From Okamejei kenojei (taxonomy: Eukaryota), in NCBI GenBank assembly GCA_035221665.1, contig CM069163.1, positions 23,870,001 through 23,934,000 of the forward strand: 64,000 nucleotides of DNA. Direction: 5' to 3'. Shown here piece by piece: positions 35,650-48,607 of the stretch. A program made the translations under genes and the position numbers. The notes under the pieces are model-generated. The model made no database searches. It saw only the letters and a list, made by a program, of their open reading frames with translations, and was not told the DNA's origin. Within the stretch, counting starts at the first letter, position 1. Every line of letters begins with the position of its first letter.

Positions 35650-36345
35650 GAAAAAAGGGCTTCACCCGAAACATTCCTTCCCACTATTGGCCACATCTTT
35701 CCCCCTTTTCTGTTTGCCGCAGAGACCGTTCTCTCCGCAACTCCCTGATCAACTCGTCCCTTCCCACCCAAACCATCCCCTCCCCAGGTATTTTCCCCTA
35801 CAACCTGATGTCCCTTTATATCCCCCCCTCAACTCCATCCAAGGATCCCGACTGTCTTTCCAGGTGAGGCAGAGGTTCACTTGCACCTCCTCCAACCTCA
35901 TCTACTGTATCCGCTGTTCCAGGTATCAACATCTTCTGTACATCGGCACTCGGCGATAGTTTCGCTGAACACCTCCGCTCAGTCTGATGTCCCGGTTGCT
36001 CAGCACTTCAACTCGCCCTCCCATTTCCAATCTGACCTTTCTGTCCTGGGCCTCCACCATTGTCAGAGTGAGGCCCAGCACCTCATATTTTGCTTGGGTT
36101 GCTTACACCCCAGCAGTATGAACATTGACTTCTAACTTCAAATAGCCCTTGCTTTCCCCCTTTCTCCATCCCCTCCCCAGTTCTCCCCCCAGGCTTACTG
36201 TCTCCGACTATGTTCTATCTCCGTCTTCCCCACTTCCCTGACATCAAGTCTGCAGCAGGGTCTCGACCCGAACCGTCACCCATTCCTTCTCTCCAGAGAT
36301 GGTGCCTGTCCCGCTGAGTTGCTCCAGCATTGTGTCTGTCTACAG
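35650..36345 (+). mobile_element. Penelope-like (Neptune-type) element 3' remnant with GIY-YIG endonuclease and terminal repeat
   Basis: FTCTSSNLIYCIRCSR...LYIG, VAQHFNSPSH, HLIFCLG...MNIDF; followed by GGGTCTCGACCCGAA...CCCGCTGAGTT arm. Confidence 0.85.
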
Positions 36346-37940
36346 CAGGTAGCCTTGTTTTGTATGCTATCCAATTAGATCAGATAATACTCTACATAAA
36401 TACAATCAAGCCAAACTCAAGTACAATAGGTATAGCAAAGGGGAAGATAGTTATAATTCTCAGGATTGTAGCACAACTGTTCCAGCGAAAAAGTCCAATG
36501 TCCACAACTTGATAAAGATGAATTGGACAGTAAATTAGGGTACATATTTGAGCCCTCCATTAAGGTTCATTGCACCAGTGTCTCCTGCCCATTCGAATAC
36601 AGAAAACCCTCACAAAGCCTTGCCATTGATTGGGAGCACTGAACAAGTGCAATTTCTGAGATCAGTTACAAGCTATGTTCACAAACTGCAGCCCAACCGG
36701 ATCACTGGAATAAATGCTGTCCTGGAATAATCTCCGATGAATGAGACTAAATGAGGTGTGACCTGCACGGACCGATCACAACAGGGTGATCGGCAAGTCA
36801 TTATTTTTGCAAACAAATCAAACTTCTGAGAGTTCAGGTGAATATTAAATGCTTGAGATCGCATGGGAACAGGAACAGGATGCCAGGCCAACAATCCTCA
36901 AGCGTCACAATTAGATTAAATGGTCATTACCTCAGATGCTGTCCATGCCAAGTTTGCACAAACTTCAGTGGGTTCTATGTTTTCCTCCACCTCCCACAGA
37001 TGATTCGTAGGTTAAATGACTCGTAATTTATCTCTAGAGTAGGTGGGTGCTAGAAACATGGTAGATCAACATGTAAGAGAATAGGTAACAAGAACAACTT
37101 GGGAATGAGATGGAAGGGACTGTTTGCAAAATAAATTGCAAATATAAAATGACTCAACTTTTAATTGAAACAAAATGGTGGAAATGCAAATGCAGGTACC
37201 ATTCTGGGACCGGACAGATCCTCAGTGGGAACAGAAAGAAAGAGGGGGGAAACAAATTTGAACACGTTGCAGAGAGTGTGAGGGAAGGGTAGATTGGAAA
37301 AAAAGTGAATCTGATAGTGAAGGCCCAGATTGCCAGGTGGTATGTTATCTAGGTCCTTCATTCAATGGGAGAGGCAGAGGATAAAATGTGTTGACCACAG
37401 CAAGGGTGTGGATGACTTACAGCAGGACTGGCCACTTTGGATAGATGGAGAATGCACGTCACCTAATGTGTGAAAGACTTCAAGTGGCCAGGCAGGAATT
37501 AAGATGCTGTTCCTTCATACTGCACCTGGACATGTTGCAACCTTCCTTTCAACTGATGCCGAGTGTTTCCAGCATTCTGATTTTGTTTTGGTTTTCCAGC
37601 ATCTGCAGTTTGATTTTGAGACTTTTAAGTATTGCATCTAGAGATACAACACAAATTCCACCAAAAGCCACTGCACAAAATAATTTACATTAATAGCACA
37701 AAGCATAATAGTAATTTAATCTGTCCCCCTCCTATCTCAGTTATAGAGAGATGCAGCACCCAAAAGAAGGCTTCAACTCACCAATCTGCACCATCCATCA
37801 AGCAAGCCGTTCATTAATCCCACTTAGTATTCGCTCCACATTCTTATCTCCTGCTCTCAGGGTGCTACAAGTCACCTACACAGTAAGGGCAATTTGCACT
37901 GGCCATTTAGCTGATCAACCTGCGTGCCTTTGGGATGTGG

Positions 37941-38070
37941 GATGAAAGCAGAGAGATCACAGAGAGAACATGCAAACTCCACAGGATGAAAGCAGAGAGA
38001 TCACAGTGAGAACATGAAAACTCCACAGGACGAAAGCAGAGAGATCAGAGAGAACATGCAAACTCCACAG
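37941..38070. repeat. 44-bp tandem triplication inside an old antisense V-SINE
   Basis: GATGAAAGCAGAGAGATCACAGAGAGAACATGCAAACTCCACAG x3 (imperfect). Confidence 0.85.
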
Positions 38071-38490
38071 GCTGCTGTGAATCAGCTGAGAAGGTTGTTG
38101 GCTGCAACCTTTCCCCCCCCATTGACGAACTGTACACTGCAATTGCCAGGAAGAGAGCGGGTAAGATCATCTCAGACCTCTCTCACCCTGGCCACAAACT
38201 CTTCGAAGCACTTCCCTCTGGAAGTCGACTTCGGACGTCAAAGCCGCCACAGCCAGACATAAAAACAGCTTTTTTTCCCCCACGAGCAGTAGCTCTACTC
38301 AATAACCAAAAGTCCGTAGCCTCCTTTTGCTCTGGTATTTTATATCATTCACATGTTTAAACTATAATGTTTTATTCTTAATGTTTATATTTTATTCTTA
38401 ATGGTATACTGTTTGTCGTCTTGTTACTTGCAAGTGGAGCACCAGGGCAAATTTCTTGTATGTGTACATACTTAGCCAATAAACTTATTA
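38071..38490 (+). mobile_element. Rex1/Babar-type LINE 3' fragment
   Basis: SAEKVVGCNL...RAGKIISDLSHPGHKLFEALPSG; tail GGCAAATTTCTTGTATG...CCAATAAACTTA. Confidence 0.75.
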
Positions 38491-39560
38491 ATACACACAA
38501 AATAGCATTGCACGTGAGGTCAAGATTGAGCCTGGGCCTCTGACTCAGTGAAGCAATGACTAATTAACATCGATCAGAATTGTTACTGCTTTGGTTTAAT
38601 GTTTGCAAAGAGCACCATCTATGCTGCCCTTCTCGTATGTATGCACCTCCTCTTAAAACCTTTACATCATCTAACTCCTTATCATCACCAGCATCTAGAT
38701 CCAACAGAGGGTGATTTTTTTTAGTGCAGATTAGTTTTCCTTCATTCAGGAGCTGTTTGGAACTAGATTTTTATCTCAATTTTGAATCGTCCCTCAGACA
38801 TTCCTGAACAAGATATTTATTTGAACCGTAGTTTCTCGTAGCCAAATCCTCTGGTTGTAGTAAATTTCTCTTGAATTCTCTCCAGGGCTTTGCACTGTTA
38901 ATAGATTGCAACTAATAGGAGGTCTGCATCTTACGTTGTGCATGTGTACTGCTGTTCCAAGGGCAGCTGGGTTTACATGGGGAATCTCGATGGAAGTGCA
39001 GTCACTGTCTTACAACAAAATGCAGTCCCAGCAAATGGTTAAAAGTGTTCCAGAACGCAAAATATTTTATTTCATTTTACAGTGTGCATCCTTAAAACAT
39101 AAGAAAATAAACTCCTTAGGCAAGAAAGCCTCCGAATTTGAAATACTGTGCAGTCTTCACAAGAGAAAGTAATTCTTTGGAATCAAAAAGTAGCAACATT
39201 GGGATACAGTTAAAGACAGTGGGTCTGGGGGTTAGGTTGGAGGCAAGAGGGTAAAGGGGGGGGGGGGGGGGAAAGAAAATCACATTGAAGGGCATTAGAT
39301 CAGCTGATTTCATTCTGTACATTACGATTCCAAAATTGCACTGTATTTTCATGGTGATTTTGTATGTTGCTGCCTAACATACAAATTTGCATATCACCTT
39401 CGGAATACTGTTGAATTTGAGGGGCTTTTAGTTTGAGGCCCCTGCCCCCCACTCCCTTCAAGTAGTTAGACATTTCTAACCACCTCCTGCCATGTCTGTC
39501 ACGCCATTTTCCAGAATAAGAGAGAGCGAGAGAGAGAACTTCTATATTACATCTCTAAAA

Positions 39561-39566
39561 TTTATT
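39561..39566 (-). terminator. Candidate SEC16A polyadenylation signal AATAAA
   Basis: TTTATT on plus about 610 nt past the stop; further hexamers at 40152-40157 and overlapping the stop. Confidence 0.45.
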
Positions 39567-40179
39567 CACACAGTACTCCAGATATTTCAAAGTATTAATG
39601 TACAACAGGTGGATCTGGCTATACAGTACTCTTTTACAACAGCCTTATATATTACCTAAATACAAATGGTCAGAGTCAATCTTTTAATTATTTCTATCTG
39701 TTAACCCTCCCTCGGAAATACCCCCCTCCAAAGAAAAGAAACTTCAAGTACATTTTTGCTGTTTTGAAACAAATGCTACTGCCGACCTAACGTGTTGAGC
39801 TGGGCTCTTCTGGGTGTGCCATTATCTGCTTACGACATTTGGACTTCACGGTAGACAATCTCACGTTTACAGTCACATTCAAAGGGGACGCGTTTCTTGT
39901 TAAATCGCAATGCAATGTGACTGCAAGCCCTCCACATACAGCACCTCCCAATGTCTAGAAAAAACATTGTATTTTATACAGGGTCATTTTCAATCCCAAG
40001 GCACCTCAATGAGGTTTGCAGCTCAAAAATTGTCCTGTCTTGGAGCCCTTACAATTTTATGTTTCTAAACGTACATCGGTCTGGTTTAATCACCTGTATT
40101 TGCCCAGAACACATCACCTGCACCCATCCCTATTAAGGGTTTACAATATTATTTATTCCAGGTTTCATTTTAGATTTCT

Positions 40180-40239
40180 TTATTTCAGCGTTGGATATTT
40201 TCTTTGCCCGAACCGTCCTGGTCGAGAAGCTGTCGTGGG
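40180..40239 (-). CDS. SEC16A: SEC16A last coding exon
   Basis: [19 protein letters not shown]. Confidence 0.9.
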   Translation of the reverse strand, partial: PTTASRPGRFGQRKYPTLK

Positions 40240-43200
40240 CTGGAAATCAGAGGTCAAATTATCAATTAGTAACATAAGCATAGAAATGAATTATGCTGTT
40301 AAACGGTTCTGTCAAGTACAGCTTTCCTAGGGCAGAAACATCACTGATCCAAAGCAGAATACACTTCCTTACTGACCCATCCAATACTGCCAAGCAAGTT
40401 CTTCTTCCATTTGATCTCTCCCACACTGTACCAAATAACCCAGGGAAAGTACGGCATGGATTGGATAAAAGTACATTTTGGAAGACTGCATTGGAAAATG
40501 CATTTTGGACTGCATGTACAGAAATCCCAGATGGTAAAACATAGCAAAGGAATGGGCCCTTTGGCCCACAGTGCCTGTGCCAAACATGATCTCCTCTGCC
40601 TGCAGGCAATCCATTTCCAACATATCCATATGCCTGTCTAAAGGTCTTGTCAGTTAAATAAGAGTCGTAATTACATTTGTTGAAACTTGGAAGAGTAGGT
40701 TGCCACGTCAGCTCTGCCTAAAGCTAGTTAGACAACACGAAATACAGTGTGTGCACAGTTCAGGAGTGTTGTGATAGCACTAGAGAGGAGAAAGGTTTTT
40801 ATCAGATGTGGCAGAGACTGGAGAATTTTAATTGCATGGCTGGACTGGCTAGGTCTTTTCATTGGAACATGAGGCAGAGCAATGATTTAGAGTCAAAGTC
40901 AGTCCCACGTTTGGCCGATATCCCTCTAAGCCTTACTGAGATGGATAGGATTATGAAGGACCTGGTAAGGATCGATAGAGGGAAAGTAGCAGGGGGCAAG
41001 AACACGTGGTAATCGTTTAACTATTAAAGAAACAACAGGATTTTTCCTCTCCACATCTCACTCCCACCCGGAAAAAGGCATTCCTTGAAACGCAGAACCC
41101 CTTAATGCTTTTAAAGGATAGTTCATGAGGTGTGGCTGAAAAATGGGAAAGGGCTGGATGGCTCTCTTGGCCATGATGGGGTGATAGCTCCCTTTGTAGT
41201 AACTTCTATAATTCAAAGCACAGCTCTCTTGGAATTGAACATTAAATATTGGGAATTGAATATTTTACAGGTCTAAAACACATGTTCATCGTTATACCAA
41301 CATTACCAAGGTTTAAATCATAGTCTAAAGCAGAACTTATATTAACTTACTTGGGCAAACTGAGCAGGGTTGTAAAACTGAACAGTTCCTTGTGCAGAGC
41401 CTCCTTGCCCAGGAGGAGGGACCTGCAAAACAGGTCAACATTAAACAGGTTGCATCATGGCAAAGAAATGCATTATTACAGCAATTCTCACAGTCTCTAC
41501 ACCATGAAGTGGTGTACACCACAGAGCCCATTCTTCTGTCGTTGTATAGGGCTCTGGAGTATTGTGTACAGTTTTGGTCTCCTAATTTGTGGAAGGACAT
41601 CCTTGTGATTGAGGCAGTGCAGCGTAGGTTCATGAGATTGTTCCCTGGGATGGCGGGACTGTCGAATGAGGAAAGATTGAAAAGACTAGGCTTGTATTCA
41701 CTGGAGTTTAGGATGAGGGGGGGGGGGGGGGGGGGGATCTTATAGAAACATATAAAATTATAAAAGGATTGGACAAGCTAGATGCAGGAAAAATGTTCCC
41801 AAAGTTCGGCGAGTCCAGAACCAGGGGCCACAGACTTAGAATAAAGGGGAGGCAATTTAAGACGGAGGTGAGAAAAATCTTTTTCACCCAGAGAGTTGTG
41901 AATTTGTGTAATTCCCTGCCACAGAGGGTAGTGGAGGCCAAATCACTGGATGGATTTAAGGGAGATTTAGATAGAGCTCTAGTGGCTAGCGGAATCAAGG
42001 GATATGGGGAGAAGGCAGGCACAGGTTATTGATTGGGGATGATCAGCCATGATCGCAATGAATGGCAGTGCTGGCTCGAAGGGCCTCCTCCTGCATCTAT
42101 TTTCTATGTTTCTATGAAGTGTGTTATAACCAATTAAGTTTCTTTTGAAGTGTAGTCACTGCTGCATTGTAATGGTACTAACTGGGATGGGAAGAAGCAT
42201 TACAGTGGGCTACGCTCATCCAACAAAAACGCCATAGGTTCAAGAACCATTTGAGACACGAGCTTGTAATCCATGGCAGCACTCTGCGCAGGGTGGAGGA
42301 TTACAAAGCCAAAAATACTATCTATCGGATCAGAACTTAGAAGTCAAACCACCTGCCCGCGGGTGTCATAAAAGGTACAAGTGTTATGTGAAAAGTTCAG
42401 TGTGCTGGCCAGTGCTCATCTCTCAGTCAGCATGAGCAGTTTATCCGGAAACCATCTCCCTTCTGTGTATGTGTGTTCGAAAACATTCAAAAACAAACTT
42501 CACTGATAAAACCCAAATCTGAAAAATCTAAATCTTTGTCCCAAACAATATGGAGGGCACTGTATGGAATGAGCATGTGATAGTTGGGGCAAGTACTGTA
42601 AAAATATTTAAAAAGACATTTGGACAGGTGAATGGATAGAAAAGGTTTAAGGGGGATATGGGTCAAACACAGGCTGGTGGGCCAAGCATAGATGGAGCAT
42701 CTTGGTCAGCATTAGCACTTTGGGCTGAAGGGCCAGTTTCCGTACCGTATTACTATGACTTGAAGTGCTCGGGCTCAGTGAACCAATATTTGGAATTTAG
42801 AAAAACAGAAAGCAATCCATAAGGAAAATTGGTTACCATCTTGTTTTTCTTCCTTCAATCTGTACATAGAGCTGAGCAGCATGGAGACGGGCCATTTTGC
42901 CTGCCTTGTCCATGCTGACCAGGTTGTCATATGGGACTAGCCACATTTGCGTGCATGGCACTCTGAACCTTTCCTATCCATGTATCTGTAAAATTGTAGT
43001 TTAAAAGTAATTGTATCCATAGCTTCTCCTGGCAGCTTATTCCAGATATAGACTACCCTCCGAGTGAAAGTGTTGGCCCCAAGGGGGCTCTTAAATGTTA
43101 CCCCTCTTACCTGAAGCCTATGCCCTCTGGTTTTAGAAACCACTATTCTGGGAAAAAGGCTGTGAGCATTCACCTTACTCATGGCCCTCATGATCTTATC

Positions 43201-46200
43201 CATTTTGATAAGGTCATCCTTTCCATTTTCTGTTACTGAAGGTATCTACTAGTTTAGGTTTATTGTACAGTGAAAAGTTTAGTTTTGCACGCTATCCAAA
43301 CAGATCAGATATACAAACAAGTCAAGTACAACAGTTAAAGCAAAGAGGAAGGTACAGAGTGCGGAATATAGTTCAGGTTTGTAGTGCATCAGTTCAACAG
43401 TTTCATGGTTGGGTGTGTATAGGCTTGCTCCAGATTTCAGTATTTTTATTTCAGGGGAAACGTCTACACTGAATATTACAACGTTGGTCCTCAACCTTTA
43501 TGGATGTGCAGAGCAGAGCAGATATAGGAGTGATTCACAGAGACAAGTTATGTACTGGCTTCAGTCACCAACCGGTCTGTACCTGAAGGTTGGCAGAACT
43601 GGGTGAACACAGAAAGATGCGAGTTGTAAGGGGAAAGGAGACAACTTTCAGATAAGACAATTCTTGAGCCTACATCACCCTGCTGGTACTGTACCACACC
43701 AGGAGACAAGGTTTACACCTTCACGGCCACGAGAAGACATCTGGTTCAGTAGGAGCCTGTACCACAGCGAGACAAAGTACTCAAAACATGGAGGGGGGGG
43801 GGGCATGCAAAATATTAATGGTAATGGAACACAAATAATGAATTTATCAAGATCTTAATAATTATGAAAGGTTGCCCAGATTGAGAAGACAAAAATTTGT
43901 ATTTTTTTAATAATCAGCAATAAATCCAATAGACAATTTAGTACCTGGGCCTGTAAATTAGCCTCAGAGTTCATCTGCTCCACGGACTGTGAAATCTCTG
44001 CTGGACTTCCTTCAGGAGGTTGAGGTCCCTCTCCTGCAAAAATGGCAAACAGGGGCATTAATTTAGTTCTGACAAGCAGTGTGGCCTAGATAGTTTGAAG
44101 AGTGGTTTAAACCACAATGCCAGGGTGGCAACAAACCAAAGATCAGAATATTAGTAGCCGAGTAAGAAAGCAGAAGCAATGAATCTCATGCATGGACCCT
44201 TATACCTCAGAGAATTGTTCCAACACACTGACTTCCGACAATTAATAAACACTCTCCAAGCTATTCTACTTCTCAACAGTGGGTATGGGCAGTATTATCA
44301 AATTAGAGTCAATATAGGATTCAAGATGATTACCCTGTGCAGCAGAGCTAGACAGGGCTGATGGATAAATATGAAATGCAGGTAGTAGTCAAATGGGTGC
44401 AAAATATACCATGGGACTCTTATTGTAAAGTAGGCAAGTCGTCATGTCTTGGACCAATACTTAACTATCAACCAACAATAAAAACTGATTTATTATTTTT
44501 TTGTTTCTGGAATTGTTTTCTGCTACATTTAATGCAAGAAATACTGCAACCAAACAATAACCAAGTTAGTTTATTTGCTGCAAATCGCTGACCTGTCCCA
44601 AGCATTTACTGGGAAACCCCAGTATTTCAGGGCTGGACGGTAGAGCCAAAATATCCAAACAGTAACAAGAATACAACATAGAAGTGTATCATACCTGGTA
44701 CCGGCACAAACAAGTTGGTGGGGATAGGCATTGGTGCGAGGGGGGCAAAGAGGTCTATCGGAGCTGGGAGACCCCCATTTGTTCGGGCTCCACTGGGATT
44801 CAGTACATCCACATAACGAGCTTTTGTACCTATTGTTCGGGAGGGGGAGAGGGAAGAAAGCAGAAAATTCATTGAGCAGTGTTCAAATAGAGATACCTCT
44901 CCGAATACAATGGGTACATTTTCTAAATAGCAAGAAATCCAAATCTGTACAAGCACATAGTTTGAACTTTAGGGATTCACATAAAATATTAAAAACCAGT
45001 GTCCAGGAAATGAAATGGAAATAAACTGTCTGGCTAATAGAAAGCAAAGCGAGAGGGGAATTATCCACGTTTGTATTGAACTGCTGAACTACCTACTTTT
45101 GCTTTTAATTTACAAAAGAGGCTCCAAGGATCACTGAACCAAAATATCAGGCAGGCAGCATTGTGCAGAGAAACAGTTGAAATTCTCCAATGTTATGTTC
45201 TTATGATGGAATTTACTGTCAGAGGAATGGAATAGAGAAAGAAGGAAGTGTTGTTCTGTTGTACAGAAAGAGAGCAGCACAAGAGGTATAACAGAATTAG
45301 AGCAAGGTCATTGTAGGAGGCAAAATATATAATAGTGAAAATCTACATCCCAAATCTCTAAAATGCAGTGCCTTCGGGTCGTTTGCAGTCTTTCAAGTCT
45401 GAGATAATGTTGTTAGTTCACTATCGAGAATCCAGGAATATAAACAGATGGGCAAATGAATTTGAACCTCAAATCAAACAAAATCCAAACTGAAAGCAAA
45501 GCAGTGAACGGCCTCTGCTTCCTCCTGTCTTCCAAAAGAACAGTGACCAAGTGTTCATTGTTAGCACGAGGGGAACCACGGGGTTGGACATTGGAGGTAC
45601 ATGCATACTGAACCACTGACACTGATACCAGCAGTGGAATTACGATAGTGTCAAAAAAATCACAATTCCACATAAATGTGGGTTGAGAGAATTTCTGCTT
45701 TTTAAATGTGAAAGATCCCATGGCAGAGAATTCTCCTGTATCCCTTTCTCCCCTTTAGGAGCAGCGTTCCTACCAGTGCTACTGCCTTAGTTGTCTTAGT
45801 CAGGTTGGATCCCAACCTCCACTGTTGTCTGTGTGGCATTTGTACAATTCAGTTTCCTCCCAGTTAAAAAATGTGCAGATTGTTAGGTTAATTGGAGCTG
45901 TAAATTGCCCCCTCCTAGCGAGTAGCTGATGGCAGAATCTGGGGTGTTGATGGGAAAGTGAGGAGAGCAACATGGTAGGGTAGGATCAGCCTAAATTGGA
46001 GTTTGATGGGCAGTGTGGACTCAGTTTCTTTCTGTGCTGTCTCCACCTACCCTGTCCAAAAATGAACCCCTCATCAGGGGCTCCATTTAGACAAAATTGC
46101 CTGCCAGATTTTTTGCATAGCATCAACAAATACACTTCAAAAGTACTTCATTGGTCAAGTAGGTTAGGCATCTGAATGAACAGTATATTTTGTGCTGAAA

Positions 46201-48561
46201 TGGGAGTTAGCTAATTCAGTTTGCCAAAGACAGTGGAAAAGAGTTCCTCACCCAAAATCTCACCTGCTTTCCTGGAGAACCTGTTGACAGATGGATGGCT
46301 GCCGAAGGACAAAGGACTTGAACCCGAGGGAAGGCCAGCCATGGGTAGGCTTGGCGGCGGCATGAGAGGTTTCCTCTGCAAAATTACAAGTAACGAAGTG
46401 CTAATTATGAGCAACCTCCAACTCGCTTCAAAGTCCAAGTGTGGGAAATATTGTTTAAATTAGTTCTCCCATTTTAGGCCGTGCCATATGATACAAATTC
46501 CTGACTACTCTGGGAACGGATCGGGCATCAGATGTCAGAACCTGAAGCCCTGCCCCCAATACTGCACCGATAGACTTTGGCAGGTCACCGCCATCAAAGG
46601 CCTTTTTCAACCTTGTCCAACAAATCTTAGGACAGATCGCCCTTGAGTAAATAAACTCTGCAGTTTGTGGATAGTGATCGTCAGCAGGATCGACGCTTTC
46701 CATATCCTGCACTCAACTACCATCATTAAATGGCAACAAGAGCAGGACCATTTCCCTGGCCCATTGACATGGCATCAAGTGCAATATGACCCACCGTCAC
46801 TGGTTTAAGACCTGTTAACCTTGCGACTTGGTTAAAGGTTCCTCACGCTATTTCCTCCGGCAGAGTGTGAATATTAAAAACCAAAGGGCCTGTCCCACTT
46901 GGGCGTCATTTGCTCATCACGCAGATGGCGCGCAGAGATTTTGTACATCACAAAATCCTGCGAGGTCGTGCGCCACTGCCTATGTCATCACGCACCATGC
47001 GCGCATCACGTGCGTGTCACGATGTGTGCGGCGTGACGCGTAAATGATGTCGCGTAAATTACGCGCAAATGACGGCCAAGTGGGACAGGCCCTTAACATT
47101 CCTCAGATCATTCAGTCATGACTACAAAACTATGGTTTGAATATCCATTCACATCACACCACGTGCTGTGTGAATTCAATTTAAACGGTATCATAAAGCC
47201 CATCTAGATTACTGACAACTGCAGGGAAGATTACTTGCCATCCTTGCCAGCTGTGGACATATGATTTCAATCCAACACTATTGCCGTTGAAGGTAGACAC
47301 AAAGTGCTAGAGTAATTCAGCAGGACAGGCATCATCTCTGGAGAGAACCCATTCCTTCTCTCCAGAGATGCTGCCTGTCCCGGTGAGTTACTCCAGCATT
47401 TTGTGTCTACCTTCGATTTAAACCAGCAACTGCAGTTCTTTCCTACATACCATTGTGGTTGATTTCTACTTACCTGCTGAAGCTGCCATTGAATAAAACT
47501 ATCAGCAGCATTGCAAGGCAGCAGCAATGCCCACATCACAAAATTGAATAAAGGTACTCGGCAGGGTAATTTCTGCACGCTTACCTCTTCCTCTGGTTCA
47601 TTCATGTTCACCCATCGCTGCCTCTTCTCATCCCACACAATCTAGGCATAAGATAGGAGGTAAATAGTTCAGATCTCATGTCCCAACCCAAGGCTAACTG
47701 TAGTACAGGGTAATCAACCCCCCCTTGTGTATCTGACACCCAGCAGGCATGTTTAGGTGTGGAGAATTCTGCTCAAATGCGCATGTCCTTGCCCAACACC
47801 GACAAACATTCGAAGCAAAAAGGACGTTTGTGGAAGAACGTAAAACTACAATCGACACCGTCAAGTAAAAATGTGTCAGCAAGTCAAATAGCAGTTGAGT
47901 GTTCCCTCAGAGAGACCACTTCCATCCTCAAGACCATCTTCTAAGGCAGTCTATCAAGTTAGAAGATGACTTGCTTTCACTGAGGAAGAGAGGCTACTTG
48001 TGCACCATTTCTTTAATCTTGCGATAGACATTGCAAACCAGCTGCCAAGCAGTCTTGAGGGTGAAATCTTGGTCCCATGGCAGGGATGCCCATGATGATA
48101 GGAGACAATGATGCACAGACTTAGCAAACCTACAGTCAGACGGACACATACCAAGTACACACTGGTGCACTCTGGCCATCCACTGAATGCTTATTAACAA
48201 ACTCTTGCACACATTCCTTTCCTCAGTTCCCCTCCATCTCTCTTCTTCCCCGTCTCCCCCCCCCCCCACCACCAATCATCTCCGTCAGCCCCTTTGGGTG
48301 CCTCAGTCTCCCCACTCATTGATCCGCGTCCCTCTCTCCTGGACAGCTGACTCCCTTTTTCAGCCCCTCTCAATTTTCACATACCCTCTCTGCCTTTCCC
48401 AGCTTCTATAGCTTAACCTCCGCAAGGGTCCTTCCTATAGACAATTGCCCTTCCAACAACCAATGTCAATCCCAAAAAGATGCACCACACCAAACCTGCT
48501 GCTTAGCCCAGAGTATCAGGGCCTTTTCTAGAGGACCTCAGTAGAATCACTATCATCCATC

Positions 48562-48607
<46 letters not shown>

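Noticed and set aside
43560-43760. Candidate extra SEC16A cassette exons (MSSRGRE-like peptide; acceptor near 43598)
   Set aside because: No convincing acceptor/donor pair in the right phase, and the flanking exons already join in frame; small cassettes cannot be excluded.
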